Shown here in pieces: positions 34,898 through 46,301 of a stretch of 64,000 bases of DNA. The stretch comes from Camelus dromedarius (Eukaryota): contig NC_087453.1 in NCBI RefSeq assembly GCF_036321535.1, forward strand, positions 44,330,001-44,394,000, given 5' to 3'. Every line of letters starts with the position of its first letter. Position 1 is the first letter of the stretch. A program made the translations under genes and the position numbers. The notes beneath the pieces were generated by a model that saw only the letters and a list, made by a program, of their open reading frames with translations, made no database searches and was not told the DNA's origin.

Positions 34898-35814
34898 CGG
34901 ACGTGTGCATGTGCCCACCAGGTGCCAGGGGCTCACCAGCCTCCCTCCCAAGATGCGCCCCTTCTCCTCTGTGGGCAGCGGTGAGGCGCAGAGACTCCCC
35001 GAGGTCCTCCCTCTGGGGCAGAAGCACCACCCCAACTCCCCTTTCTAGTGGACGAAGCTGCTTCCTCCCAGAAGCAATCGTGTTCTCATTTCCGTCTCAA
35101 CATCCTTTGACTCCTGTTCAGGCTTCCCAAAGCCTGACCGCACCTCAGGCCCAGCTGAGTCAGGAAACCAGCCGGCTCCCCACGACCCTGCCCCACCCAC
35201 CCATCCTTCTGGCCTGAAGGGAGGAAGCCACGCGTGGTTCTCATCACCGAATTACAGACTCGGCCTTCACTTGGGTTTCCGTTGGGTTTGGAGGCCCCTG
35301 CGAGGTGGGATCCACTAGGTCAGTTCTTGGGTTAGGTTTTGATCTGAGTTCAGAGCCCTTCACAAGATCAGCTCTGGTTAAAATCCAACAAAAGGAGATG
35401 GAAGGCGGGATAAGGACGACGACACGTTCGCAAAGAGCTCACCGTGGTCTGGGCTCTGCGTTCTCTGTCTGCTGAGATAAGCATGTGCCTCTTTCTTTTC
35501 CTCCTTAAGTCGGGATCTGATTTTTATTTCTGACCCTTCTGTCCTGGAACCGTGGGGACCACCCCCACCCCGACCTTCCGTAGCCACTGCCCCAACTCCT
35601 TGGGGACCCCGAGCCCCTCTCCTCCTCCATGGGTGCTTAACCTGGTAGGCAGCCTGGTGAGGGACCTTGTTTTTGACTACTTAGGGTAAAATACACGGGG
35701 CAGCAGAAGGTGTTTCAGCCGTGTTGAGCTGCGGTATCAGTAGGGTGAGTGAGCAGCTGGTGACGGAGGAACAGCCTTCGTGCTTCCTTATCCTCCTGCT
35801 CGGTCGCGGGAGCT

Positions 35815-36093
35815 GGTGGTGGGTCTGATGACAGCTGTCATTTTGAATTGCCGAAGAGCATAAATGCTGTCTCGAGATATCTGCACACTGTAATGGGCCG
35901 CAAAGTACCGACAGCTTTTGGTGATAAAGTCTAAGAAATTGCTAATATACCATGTGGTTTGCTGCCAACATTTGCATTAGAAGGAAATGCTGCATTTCAG
36001 TTAGAAGTCAGTTAAAAAAAAAGATGTATTCACATATCCCTGTTGACAGGCCCCCTAAATTCTATCCATAGACCCCTTGGTTAAGAACCCCTG
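35815..36093 (-). mobile_element. Charlie4a-like hAT DNA transposon fragment
   Basis: TIR ggttaagaacccctg ending at 36093; internal gcataaatgctgtctcgagatatctgc and gaaggaaatgctgcatttcagttag. Confidence 0.7.
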
Positions 36094-36459
36094 GGACTAA
36101 GAGCAAGCTCTCGTACCTGCCGGGCCTTCCTACTGGTTCGCCACCACTCCCGCCAGCCACATACGTCACCTCCTACATGTAAAACAGCATTGTCACAAAG
36201 CATTTCAGACAGAAAGATGAATTGGGAAAAGTATAATGAACGTCTGCGTAGCTGTCACTCACCTAAGAAGTAAGCTGTTGCAAATGCATCTTGAAATCCC
36301 CTTTGGACTTCTCGCTGCTCGCGTCCGCATCCTGGCCCCTGCCTCGCCGGGGCAGCCGCTGCCTAGCACTGGCTGTCTGTGAGCCCAGGGCTTGTCGCTA
36401 GGGTTTTGCCACGAGTGCACACATCCAGAAACACCACGAAGCAGCAGCTGAGTGTTTTT

Positions 36460-36960
36460 GCGTTCGGTAGAAATGATTTCACACGGCGTGTAAGTCCTCG
36501 TGCAGCCTGCGCTCCTCCCTCAATGTGAACACGTGCGAGGTTTGTCCTCGTCAGTGTCTGAGGCTCTGGTTCGCCGACTTTCAAAGCTGCGTGGTATCCG
36601 TAGGTGTGACTACATCCCATTTCAGCTGGCTGTTCTCCTGTGGATGGACGTTTGGATTGTGTCCAGGCTTTTGATGATGACAGCGCCACGCAGAACAATC
36701 GTGGGTGTCTCCTGTAAGGCCAGTTTCTCTAGCAGTGGGATGGCCGGATAGTAGGGTATGCACACCCTTACTTTCTGTAGGTTCCACGTGTGCTCTGCGT
36801 GGTTGTACAGGTGGATCTACACTCTCCCCAGCAGGAGATGTGCGTTCCCATTGTTCTACTCCATCAACAATACTTGGTATTGTCTGTCTTGGTGTGGTCT
36901 GCAAGTCTGGTCGTGTGTCTGATTGTGGCTTTAATTTGCATTGCCCTGGTTACTGGTTGG
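36460..36960 (-). mobile_element. Old L1MD/ME LINE fragment
   Basis: ctcctgtggatggacgtttggattgtgtccagg..ctccatcaacaatacttggtattgtc..gattgtggctttaatttgcattgccctg. Confidence 0.75.
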
Positions 36961-36989
36961 AGTGATGCTAATGGTGTCCCCCTGAGATA

Positions 36990-37160
36990 NNNNNNNNNNN
37001 NNNNNNNNNNNNNNNNNNNNNNNNNNNNNNNNNNNNNNNNNNNNNNNNNNNNNNNNNNNNNNNNNNNNNNNNNNNNNNNNNNNNNNNNNNNNNNNNNNNN
37101 NNNNNNNNNNNNNNNNNNNNNNNNNNNNNNNNNNNNNNNNNNNNNNNNNNNNNNNNNNNN
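36990..37160. other. Assembly gap (171 N)
   Basis: Run of N. Confidence 1.
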
Positions 37161-38085
37161 TGTACCTCTTAATCTCCCTCAGCTATTTCTTTCCCTCCCC
37201 CTTCTCTCCTCCTCTCCCCTCACCACCTGTTTCTTTTCTGTATCTGACTCTGGTTCTATTTGGTTATGTTTGTTCATTTGTTTTGTTTTTTAGATTCCAC
37301 ATATAAGTAAAATCATACAGTATTTGTCTTTCTCTGACTTATTTCACTTAGCATAATGCTCTCTATGTCCATCCATGTTGCAAATGGCGATATTTCATTC
37401 TTTTTTATGGCTGAGTAGTATTCCACTGTGTACATATACCACATCTTCTTTATCCACTCATCTGTAGGTAGACACTTAGGTTGCTTCTACATCTTGCCTA
37501 TTGTAAATAGTGCTGCATTGAACGTAGAAGTGCATATATCTTTTCAAATTAGTGTTTTNNNNNNNNNNNNNNNNNNNNNNNNNNNNNNNNNNNNNNNNNN
37601 NNNNNNNNNNNNNNNNNNNNNNNNNNNNNNNNNNNNNNNNNNNNNNNNNNNNNNNNNNNNNNNNNNNNNNNNNNNNNNNNNNNNNNNNNNNNNNNNNNNN
37701 NNNNNNNNNNNNNNNNNNNNNNNNNNNNNNNNNNNNNNNNNNNNNTNNNNNNNNNNNNNNNNNNNNNNNNNNNNNNNNNNNNNNNNNNNNNNNNNNNNNN
37801 NNNNNNNNNNNNNNNNNNNNNNNNNNNNNNNNNNNNNNNNNNNNNNNNNNNNNNNNNNNNNNNNNNNNNNNNNNNNNNNNNNNNNNNNNNNNNNNNNNNN
37901 TTGTTTTCGATGTTGAGTAGTATGACTTCTTTGTGTATGTTGGATATTAACCCCTCATCAGATGTATCATTTGCAAATGTCGTCTCCCGTTCAGTACGTG
38001 GCCTTTTTGTTTGGCTGATAGTTTCCTTCACTGTGAAAAAGCTTTTTAGTTTGATGTCATCCCATTTGTTATTTTTGCTTTTGCT
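37161..38085 (-). mobile_element. L1 (L1MA9/artiodactyl-like) ORF2 end plus 3'UTR, containing a gap
   Basis: ttttagattccacatataagt..tttttatggctgagtagtattcc..gatattaacccctcatcagatgtatcatttgcaaat (ANDTSDEGLISNI in the ORF track). Confidence 0.85.
37559..37900. other. Assembly gap (342 nt, all N except one base)
   Basis: Run of N with a single t at 37746. Confidence 1.
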
Positions 38086-38342
38086 CCGTGCTTGGTGGCC
38101 TGTTACAGTAGCCGCCACGTAAACTGTGGTCTCATTTTGGAAAAAAAAGAGAACCTCTAGCAAGCGGGATGACTGCTCCAGACTCCCTTGGTAGCCTCGA
38201 CCGAGTCGTTAACCGCTCTGCATCTTGAGCTTCAAAATGGGTTTAGAGACGAGCTTATCTCTGACTCCCCTTTCAGCTCGTAGAAGTGTCCGATGACACT
38301 TGAGAAATCCAGAGGTGTCCACTTTCGCAGATTTCTACCTTG

Positions 38343-38922
38343 CTTTAAAAAAAATTGTGGTAAAATATACACAATATAAAATTTACCGTTTCAACCGTTT
38401 TAAAGTGTACAATTTGGTGGCATTTATTTCATTTGCAGTGTTATGCAACTGTCACTTCTTTCTAGTTCTGAAGCATTTCCATCGGCTAAAGGACTCCCTT
38501 AGCCGTGGGCAGTCACTCCCTACTCCTCTCTGACCCTAGTCTCTGGAAAACACTGATCCATTTCTATGGATTTGTCTATTCCACGTATTTTTTATAAATG
38601 GAATCATGTGACATGTGGACTTCAGTGTCTGTCTTATTTCGTTTAGTATAATATTTATGAGGTATAGTGTGTATACATATATATACAATCATATATTGAT
38701 ATATATTATCACATGTCAACATATGCTTGCTTGCATATGTATTATCAGGTATCAATACTTCATTCCTTTTTATGGCCGCTGAGTGACTTACTGTTGTGAG
38801 ACCACACCACACTTTGTGTATCTACTCACCTGTTGTTGGACATTTGGGTATTTCCACCTTCCGCCTCCTGTAAATAGTGCTGCTCTGAGCAGTTAATGTA
38901 CCAGTTTTTGTTTGAACATCCC
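38343..38922 (-). mobile_element. L1MB-type 3' end
   Basis: aattgtggtaaaatatacacaatataaaatttacc..aaatggaatcat..ggacatttgggtatttccacc..gtaaatagtgctgct. Confidence 0.85.
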
Positions 38923-39512
38923 TATAGTCAACTTACTGGTAAACTACTGAACTATTTTCTATGAAAGTTTCACCATGTGTATCTTTTTCGATCTTTCGTT
39001 TCCCCAATTAAAACAGAAATTCTTATTCATTCAGGCTGCCCATGTTCAGCGCTCTCTCTGTCTCTGTGAGCATCCTTCATTTATGCTTGCCCGGAGACTG
39101 CAGGAGTCACGTGCTGGGAACCATCTGTGTAGAGCTCCAGCACCTGCTCCCCATTTTGGGGGGGGGGAGCCCTCCACCCCCTGCAAAGAGAACTGTCAAC
39201 TCCTGTTACCACTGACTCACAGGAGCATTGGGGGGTGGAGGGAGAGAACTGGGCCCTCCCTGTGACGTGGGGGGAGGCGAGCCTGGCCCCAGCCCCGGAG
39301 GGATTTGGAGATGAGGCACCTCCATGGATTCCTGCCATCAGGGCCCCTTACTCTCCAAGGCGCAGGTCCTGCCCCCACATGCTTCTGCAGGTGTGTGGTG
39401 AGTAGACGGTAACCTGGTAGCCAGTGGAAGAGGAAGTGTCCCTGCTGTCCAGGGTGGATGTCCTGACTCCGCTTTCCAGCTGCGCTTGGAGACAGGGCTG
39501 GTGCTTCAGAGA

Positions 39513-40290
39513 TGGCTTAGTTTGGGTTCCCACCAAAATCAGAAACAAGGATTTGAGTACAAATAGATTGTTAGGGAGGCGATCTCAAAAAAAAAAAAAA
39601 AAAAAGAAGAAGAAGAAGAAGAAAGAGGATGCTAAGGAACTCATGTACAAAACAGAAACAGGCTCGCAGACATAGTAAACAATCTTATGGTTACCCGGAG
39701 GAAAGGGCTGGAAAGGGATGAATTTGGGAGTTTGAGATTTGCAAAGGTTAACCACTATATATAAAAATAGATAAAAAACCAGATTTCTTCTGTATAGCAC
39801 AGGGAACTATATATTCAATATCTTGTAATAGCCTTTAATGAAAAAGAATACGAAAACGATTATATATATATACATGCATGACTGGGACATGATGCTGTAT
39901 ACCAGAAATTGACATTGTTAACTGACTGTATGTCAATAAAATTTTTTTTAAAAAGGAACACTTCCTAAACCATGAATCAAGCCCCGAACTCCCAAAAAAG
40001 AAACAGCAGTAGGGGATGTTACCATTGAGGACGACAAGGGCTCAGTTCCAGGGAGGACCCTCTGTGAGACAGTGTGGAGCCACTGACAGGAGAGGAAACT
40101 GGGGTGTTTATCCCCCAGCGCTCATCCCACATAGGTTGAGGGTCACTCCTGGGCTGAACCCCAGCATTTCTTGCCTGCCTCTGTAGAGGTCAAGCATCCC
40201 CCTGGGGCCAGGTGACACCCTCAGTTAGGGAGTCAGAGGAAACCACAGGCATGGATGCAAACTGTCCATGGAGCTCTCCAGGGTGGGGCC
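39513..40290 (-). mobile_element. LTR16-like LTR interrupted by a young L1
   Basis: tggcttagtttgggttcccacc..aacaaggatttgagtacaaatag..gggaggcgatctc, then the L1, then gaaactggggtgtttatcccccagc..ataggttgagggtcactcctgg. Confidence 0.65.
39588..39955 (+). mobile_element. Young 5'-truncated L1 3'UTR (camelid-type)
   Basis: Same 3'UTR type as 12978-13211 (gggagtttgagatttgcaaa..gcacagggaactat..gactgggaca..gtcaataaaa). The leading A17(GAA)n is an expanded internal A-tract. Confidence 0.9.
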
Positions 40291-40383
40291 AGCACTGCTA
40301 CAGAGAAGGGATGTGGAAGAAGAGTTTAGCAGACTTTGCTGAGAAGGAGTCAGGGTGTGTATCCTGGGCCTGGCTTAAGTAAC

Positions 40384-40720
40384 CTCAATCTGTGGATGTT
40401 TCAACATCTCAACGTGTGAATGTCTTGCCGGGTTCCGTGGATGTCTCTACACAACAACATATGAAAAATCTCAACACCTGGATCTGAAGATGTTTCAACA
40501 TGTCAACCTGTGAATGTCTCAATGTGGAATATCCTCACACCTCAACGTGCGAATGTCTCAACATCTCAACGTGCGAATGTCTCAGCATCTTAGCACGTGG
40601 ATGTCAACCTGTGCACGTTTCAGCAGTCTGAACGTGCCATGTCTTAACATCTCAATGTGCAAATGTCTTGATGTCTCATTGTATGGTTGTCAACATAACA
40701 ACACATGAATGTCACAACAG
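40384..40720 (+). repeat. Degenerate 24-bp minisatellite built from 8-bp subunits
   Basis: ctcaacgtgcgaatgtctca occurs exactly at 40541-40560 and 40565-40584 (period 24); about 14 decayed units overall. Confidence 0.8.
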
Positions 40721-41079
40721 TATGGCTCGAAAAAGTTGAGTGAGCCATTATTTTCCTTCCAAGCTCAGTCCCTCAGGAGTCTAGTGAAATACTAGCACGC
40801 AGAAATTTTAACACTGGTGGAAATTCTGTTCTTATACAAATCAGCACTGGATCTTACAGGTGGAAGGCTATTTGGTCAGACTTTGTAACAGTCCAGTAGC
40901 TCTTCATTTCTATGGAGACCAGGCTGCTGGCAATATCCGTTCCTCCCAAATCCTTATTGGGGGAAGTGCCTCTCAGCCTCATGGAAAAGACAACCCCAGG
41001 GCTCACGCCTTTCCTTGAAAGTGGCTGTGAATTGCTGTCACAATCCCACCCAGATAACTGCAGATAAAATGAGGTCACA

Positions 41080-41597
41080 GATCAGAAACAGAACCTCTGG
41101 CACTTGTGAAGTGACAGCTGTCCTCCGGGGGAGAAGCAGGAAGACCTGTGGAAAGTAGAATCCCTCGGGAGTGAGGGTGGAATTGACTAGGGCAGGGTGC
41201 CAGGGAACCTTCCGGGGCAGTCGTAATGCTCGGCATCTGGATGGAGATTTGGGCTACAAAGTTGTGTTCGTTTGTCAAAACTCCGTGAATATTCACATAA
41301 GCTTGTGCATTTCATTGTAGGTGAAGTGTATCTCAATAGAAAAGCACCATAAACAAATATTGATTTGATATAGATGCTGAAGTACTCAGGGAGAAGCGTG
41401 CTGGTATCTGCAATGTAATTTTAAATGCATTTTTAAAAAGACAGATGGATAGATGTTGGAGGAGTGAATAGATGGGCACCTGGGAGGTAAAACAAGCATC
41501 TTCCGGTGTTATATTGCAATCAAGGTGGTGGGTAACATTTTTTAAACTTTTTGGCGTATTTGAAGATTTTTGTAATGAAATATTCTGGGAAAAAGTA
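41080..41597 (+). mobile_element. L1MC4/MD-type 3'UTR
   Basis: gaattgactagggcagggtgccagggaaccttcc..ttgtgcatttcattgtagg..gaagtactcagggagaag..tttgaagatttttgtaatgaaatatt. Confidence 0.7.
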
Positions 41598-42029
41598 GAC
41601 TTGGAAAACTAACACGTCCAGCCATTTGGGGCTGCTTTACACACATGACAGACTTTGAGAACATTGCCCAATTGTATCTCATTTTCATGCCTCATATTCA
41701 TTAATGTCCTGGATTATTTTTAGAAATCTTTAAATTCAGATCCATGTGTGTTTAAGACCGAAAAAAAAAAAAAAAGAATGTAATTACTTTTGGAAATTTT
41801 CCATTAAAAGTTTCTGCAAGGTCGATTCTTAATTAGGGGTAGCTATTAGTTACCTGGAATATCCCACTTAGGTGAAACCGCTTGTTCCCCGACAGCACGG
41901 GACCCGTGCGATGCCAGTGTAAGTAGCATTTCTGGTTAGTGGACAGTTGCATCATACCCTTGGACTTGGCTTCAGCATTTTCAGGGCACTTTGACATGTA
42001 TCGTTTGAGGTTTTTAGGGGAGGGACTTC

Positions 42030-42212
42030 TAGGGTCGAGTCATCTGAGTCTGAATTCTCTCTAGATTGTCCGCTTGCTGGCTGTGTGACCCTGGGGATTA
42101 ATGCTTTTATGTGACAGGTGCGAATGATGACACCGAAGATACAGGTTTCTTATAAGAAATCAAATAATGCAGGCAGAGCACATTAAAGAGCCTGACACAT
42201 CATAGGCTCTTG
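42030..42212 (+). mobile_element. MIR SINE
   Basis: ctgagtctgaattctctct..ttgctggctgtgtgaccctgggg..aaataatgcaggcagagcac..cctgacacatcatagg. Confidence 0.55.
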
Positions 42213-44789
42213 GTCGGGCAGAGTTGTCGGCCTCGGTCCCTTTCACGAAGTCCCCGTGACATTTCCACGAAGCAGAGTCAACACCGTCTTGTGCATTTCC
42301 CAGAGAAGACGACTAGTGTTTGGAGACGCCGAGTTACCTGCAGACCCTCAACCACAGTGGACCCCTGAGGGGATGGAGGACTTAAACCAACGTCTCTTAG
42401 TCCCCTGCTGTTCCTACCTCAGCCAGTCTTGCCCCAGATCTGGTGAGATGACCAGGAAAACAGAAGGAAGGTGTAAAGACGAACTGAACTGGAATTCTCT
42501 TTGGTCTCAAGATGAACAGCGAATGATGTTGCCTCATACTGTTGACTGTCGCAAAGAATTCTGTTGAAAGTTATTAACATCCCCAGTGGAATGGTGGAAA
42601 GGCAGGCAGAAATGACTCAGCAGACTTGCAATGACCTTTAAAACAAAATGTTTAAACATTTGTGCCTCACACATGTGATCCAGGTAGCTTGATCTGGGAC
42701 TCCAACTACCAATAATTCAAAGTCACACGGTTGGCACTAGCCGAGATCTTCCCATCCCCGTGAGTGTCCGAGGTGTGAGGACCTCTTCACTCCATCCTCA
42801 CTGTGACCTTAACTCTGTCCCCCCAACCCCCTGCGCTTCCCACCTGGGACCAAGCAATGGTGAGGAAGCTGGGGGCACGGTTGGGAGCGCTGGTGTTTGC
42901 AGATGTTCAGGTACCTGCAGACTCCAGCCACACAGGTGTTCCATGGGGGCTCAAATGCTCATCTCTGAGACCACCGCTGTTTCTACTTCAGCCGGCGACA
43001 GCGGGTCAGTAGCACAGAAATGGCCTCCCAGAGGGCCCCGGGTCCTTCTCAGACGCCCTCTTCCTTTCTTCCCTTCCTTTGGCCAAGGCTGTGGAGCTTC
43101 GACACGCAGCAGTTGAAGGACGGCTACGCTGCTTGCCAGCCCATTCCCCCGGGACGCTGGCTTTGCCTCAGACCCAGTTGTCTTGGACAGTCTTCCGCCA
43201 AATGTCTCAGTTTTCATGGAGCGTTGTCCATCTTCTTAAATTCGTTATCCAGAATTGGCTACCAGCTTTATTTGCAGCATAAGGGAAGAAAAAAGTGTCC
43301 CCTGGAGAACAGTTTCAGCTGTCTGAGTGTCTACCAGTGCTGACAGGAGGGCCCCGGCGCCCGGCGGGCGTGCCTGCGTGTCTGGTGGGGACACCCGTGC
43401 GGGGCTCTCTGGGGCATCGCAGAGACCGTGGCGGGAACACAGTACAGTCAGACCAAGCCCGGGAGAGAAGCGATGGCCAAAGAACACACACCCTCGAGGG
43501 CTTTATTGTTTTTAGAGCATACTAGGGAGTTACAACAGACTGTTTGGAGCCTTAACAATGGCTTATTTTGTATTGGATTTTTTTTTTTTTTTTAAAAAGC
43601 AAAGGCTTTTTTCCTTTGTATGTTACACGTATGCCAGGAAAAACAGCTCCTGGAGAATGAAAACATCTTCGAGGGTCAGTTTGCAGCTTGAGAGGGGCCG
43701 CCGGGCCGGGCGGCGGGGATGGTTTTCTCCTGAGCGGTGAGTGTCCAGGGAGGACCAGATGCGAGCAGGCGGAGGGGCCGATGATGGAAGGCGCCCAGTC
43801 CTTAGTGCGGGCCCAGCGGGTCTTCAGTGGGAGCTGTGGGTGCAGTGATGACCTCACCCCTGGCCGGGAGGGACATGGGCTGCAGAGTAGCTGGTGTCCA
43901 AGCCCTAATGGGGAACAGGACTGGGCAGGGGGTGCCACGCACAGCTGACGTTCTGCAGCCTGGCCTGGTGTCCGCATCTCTGCAGCAGCTAACTTTCAAA
44001 GCACACGTTGCCTTAGCAACGCTCCCCTCCCAGACCCAGACCCCTGGTTTACTCTGGGCGGTGCTGTCATCTGCAGGGATGAGAACCTGCCAAGTCCAGG
44101 GCTACCGGGGAGTGGGTGGGAGGAGCAGTGGGAGCAGTGGAGGAAGAACGTTCCAGAAGCCCAGCTTGCTGTCTGCCCAGCGCTGTATCGAGCAGCCTCC
44201 CTGTGGACCACACAGGGGCTTGTGTTCATGGCCTCCTGAGAATGACACCCCCACCCGGCGTGCGGCTGTGCTGGTGCAGACACAAGCTCTCCCCCGGGGG
44301 GCCTCGCACTGGGCACCGTCAGCAAACGAGGGCAAGGCTGTGCCCCCGCCCCCCTTTGGCTTGACTTGTGTGGGAACCACAGGAATCATTCAAGCAGTGG
44401 TCTTTCTCAAGGAGCAGTTCCAGGACCCGGAGCCTCCATTCCCCCTGGGAGGGAGGGAGAAATGCGTATCCTCTGGCCCCACCGCAGAGGGACTGAGTCA
44501 GGAGCGCTGGGCGTGGGCCCAGGAATCTGGGTCTCCCCAGGCTCCCCAGATAAGCCTGATCGCAGGCCTGGTTCAGGCCCCGCAGATGGGGAGGGAACAG
44601 GACGGCTCCTTTAGAAAGTGTGATTCCACTGCGGGCATTTTTAAGTCCCTTTCACATTCCAGGTTCTGTCCATGGGCTCTGGTGGGGCTTCTGCATGGGA
44701 GGGCCTTTAAGAAGATTTGGGGCAGGATCTGGCAGGAACGGGGTACTGGGGGATTTCTTTTGAGCTGATACACAGAAAAGCCTAAGACT

Positions 44790-45151
44790 GCTTCTTACTG
44801 ACAACGTTGTGCTGGTTTCAGGTGTACAACGTAGTGATTCAGTTATACATGTATGTATCTTTTTCAGATTCCTTTCCATTTTAGGTTATTACAAGCTTTT
44901 GAATATAGTTCCCTGTGCTCTACAGTAGGTCCTTGTTGTTTATCTATTTTGTAAATAGTAGTTGGTATCTTCTAATTCCAAACTCCTAATTTATCTGTCC
45001 CCTCTCTTTCCCCCCGGTAACTGTAAGTTTGTTTTCTATGTCTGTGAGTCTCTTTATGTTTTATAAATAAGTTCATTTGTGTCATTTTTTTAGATTCCAC
45101 ATATAAGTGATATCATATGATAGTTGTCTTTCTCTGTCTGACTTACTTCAC
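44790..45151 (-). mobile_element. Artiodactyl-type L1 3'UTR (non-inverted half of a probable twin-primed insertion)
   Basis: gtttcaggtgtacaacgtagtgattcag..gttccctgtgctctacagtagg..ctgtctgacttacttcac, then gap. Confidence 0.85.
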
Positions 45152-45349
45152 NNNNNNNNNNNNNNNNNNNNNNNNNNNNNNNNNNNNNNNNNNNNNNNNN
45201 NNNNNNNNNNNNNNNNNNNNNNNNNNNNNNNNNNNNNNNNNNNNNNNNNNNNNNNNNNNNNNNNNNNNNNNNNNNNNNNNNNNNNNNNNNNNNNNNNNNN
45301 NNNNNNNNNNNNNNNNNNNNNNNNNNNNNNNNNNNNNNNNNNNNNNNNN
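45152..45349. other. Assembly gap (198 N) hiding the L1 orientation switch
   Basis: Run of N. Confidence 1.
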
Positions 45350-45770
45350 TTTGGCTTAACTTCCAGAATATGCAAACAGCTCATACAACTCAATAACAAA
45401 AAAACGAACGACCCAATCAAAAATGGGCAGAAGACCTAAACAGACATTTCTCCAGTGAAGACGTACAGATGGCCAGCAGGCACGTGAAAAGATGCTCAAC
45501 GTCGCTAACCATCAAGTAAAAGCAAATCAAAGCTACAATGAGGCACCACCTCCCAGCAGTCAGAATGGCCATCATTAAAAAGTCCACAAACGATGAATGC
45601 TGGAGGGGCTGTGGAGCAAAGGGAGCCCTCCCGCACTGCTGGTGGGGATGCAGTTTGGTGCAGCCACTGTGGAGGACAGTATGGAGATTCCTTAAAGAAC
45701 TACACATAGACCTACCATGTGATCCCGCAGTCCCACTCCTGGGCACACATCCAGAGAAATCCCCAATTTG
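45350..45770 (+). mobile_element. L1 ORF2 C-terminal segment in the opposite orientation (inverted half)
   Basis: aaaatgggcagaagacctaaacagacatttctcc..[45 protein letters not shown]. Confidence 0.85.
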
Positions 45771-46257
45771 AGCAGTAATGCCTCTCTAGTGACGCTTTGT
45801 TGACGCTTGACGTCAGAGTGAGAAGACGGCCATGCTTCATTCAAATGCTGGTCTTGGAAAGCCTGGTGTATGGTGGGTAGCGCTGGCGCCCCGCCCCCAG
45901 CCCCTCCTCAAGGCCCCGCAGTGGGCCCAGCCCGCAGCAAAGGCTGCCTGTGCTGTGGCTTAGGACCCACCTGTGAAGATGAAAATCAGATCCTTTTTTT
46001 TTTCCCTTCTGACTTTCCCTGTGGGTCCAGGTATTACTTATTATTCGGTTTTGCTCCCTGCCTCCAGGTGAGGCGTGTATTTAAGCCCATTCAAACTTTG
46101 CAAGTCTTAAAAACAATTCTCTCTCTGCTCACCCCTTCCAGGTTTGGCAGGGGCTTCCTTCAAACAGGAAATCCATCTCCTTCTACCTGTCCAACCCTCC
46201 TGACTAACTCATACCGTGATCTGTTCTTACTTTTTCAAACTGCAAGTTGACAAGGTC

Positions 46258-46259
<2 letters not shown>

Positions 46260-46300
<41 letters not shown>
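46260..46300 (+). repeat. Perfect (TG)20 microsatellite
   Basis: Directly visible. Confidence 0.95.

Positions 46301-46301
<1 letters not shown>

Noticed and set aside
37428-38163. Long ORFs containing X runs (also 16737-17335, 25768-26096, 36790-37293, 45107-45439)
   Set aside because: Artefacts of translating N-gaps within repeats.
38719-38740. Hairpin ACATATGC-ttgctt-GCATATGT
   Set aside because: It sits within an AT-dinucleotide expansion in an L1MB, where self-complementarity is expected.
39424-39675. ORF with a poly-lysine tract
   Set aside because: The tract is the expanded A17(GAA)n at the start of a truncated L1 3'UTR.
40384-40720. CRISPR-like array or repeat-protein gene interpretation of the 24-bp repeat
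   Set aside because: No unique spacers, mammalian context, and the periodic ORF is only 64 aa with no splice support.
43827-44768. 313-aa plus-strand ORF
   Set aside because: The composition is typical of stop-poor GC-rich non-coding DNA; no recognisable domain; equally long overlapping ORFs on both strands.
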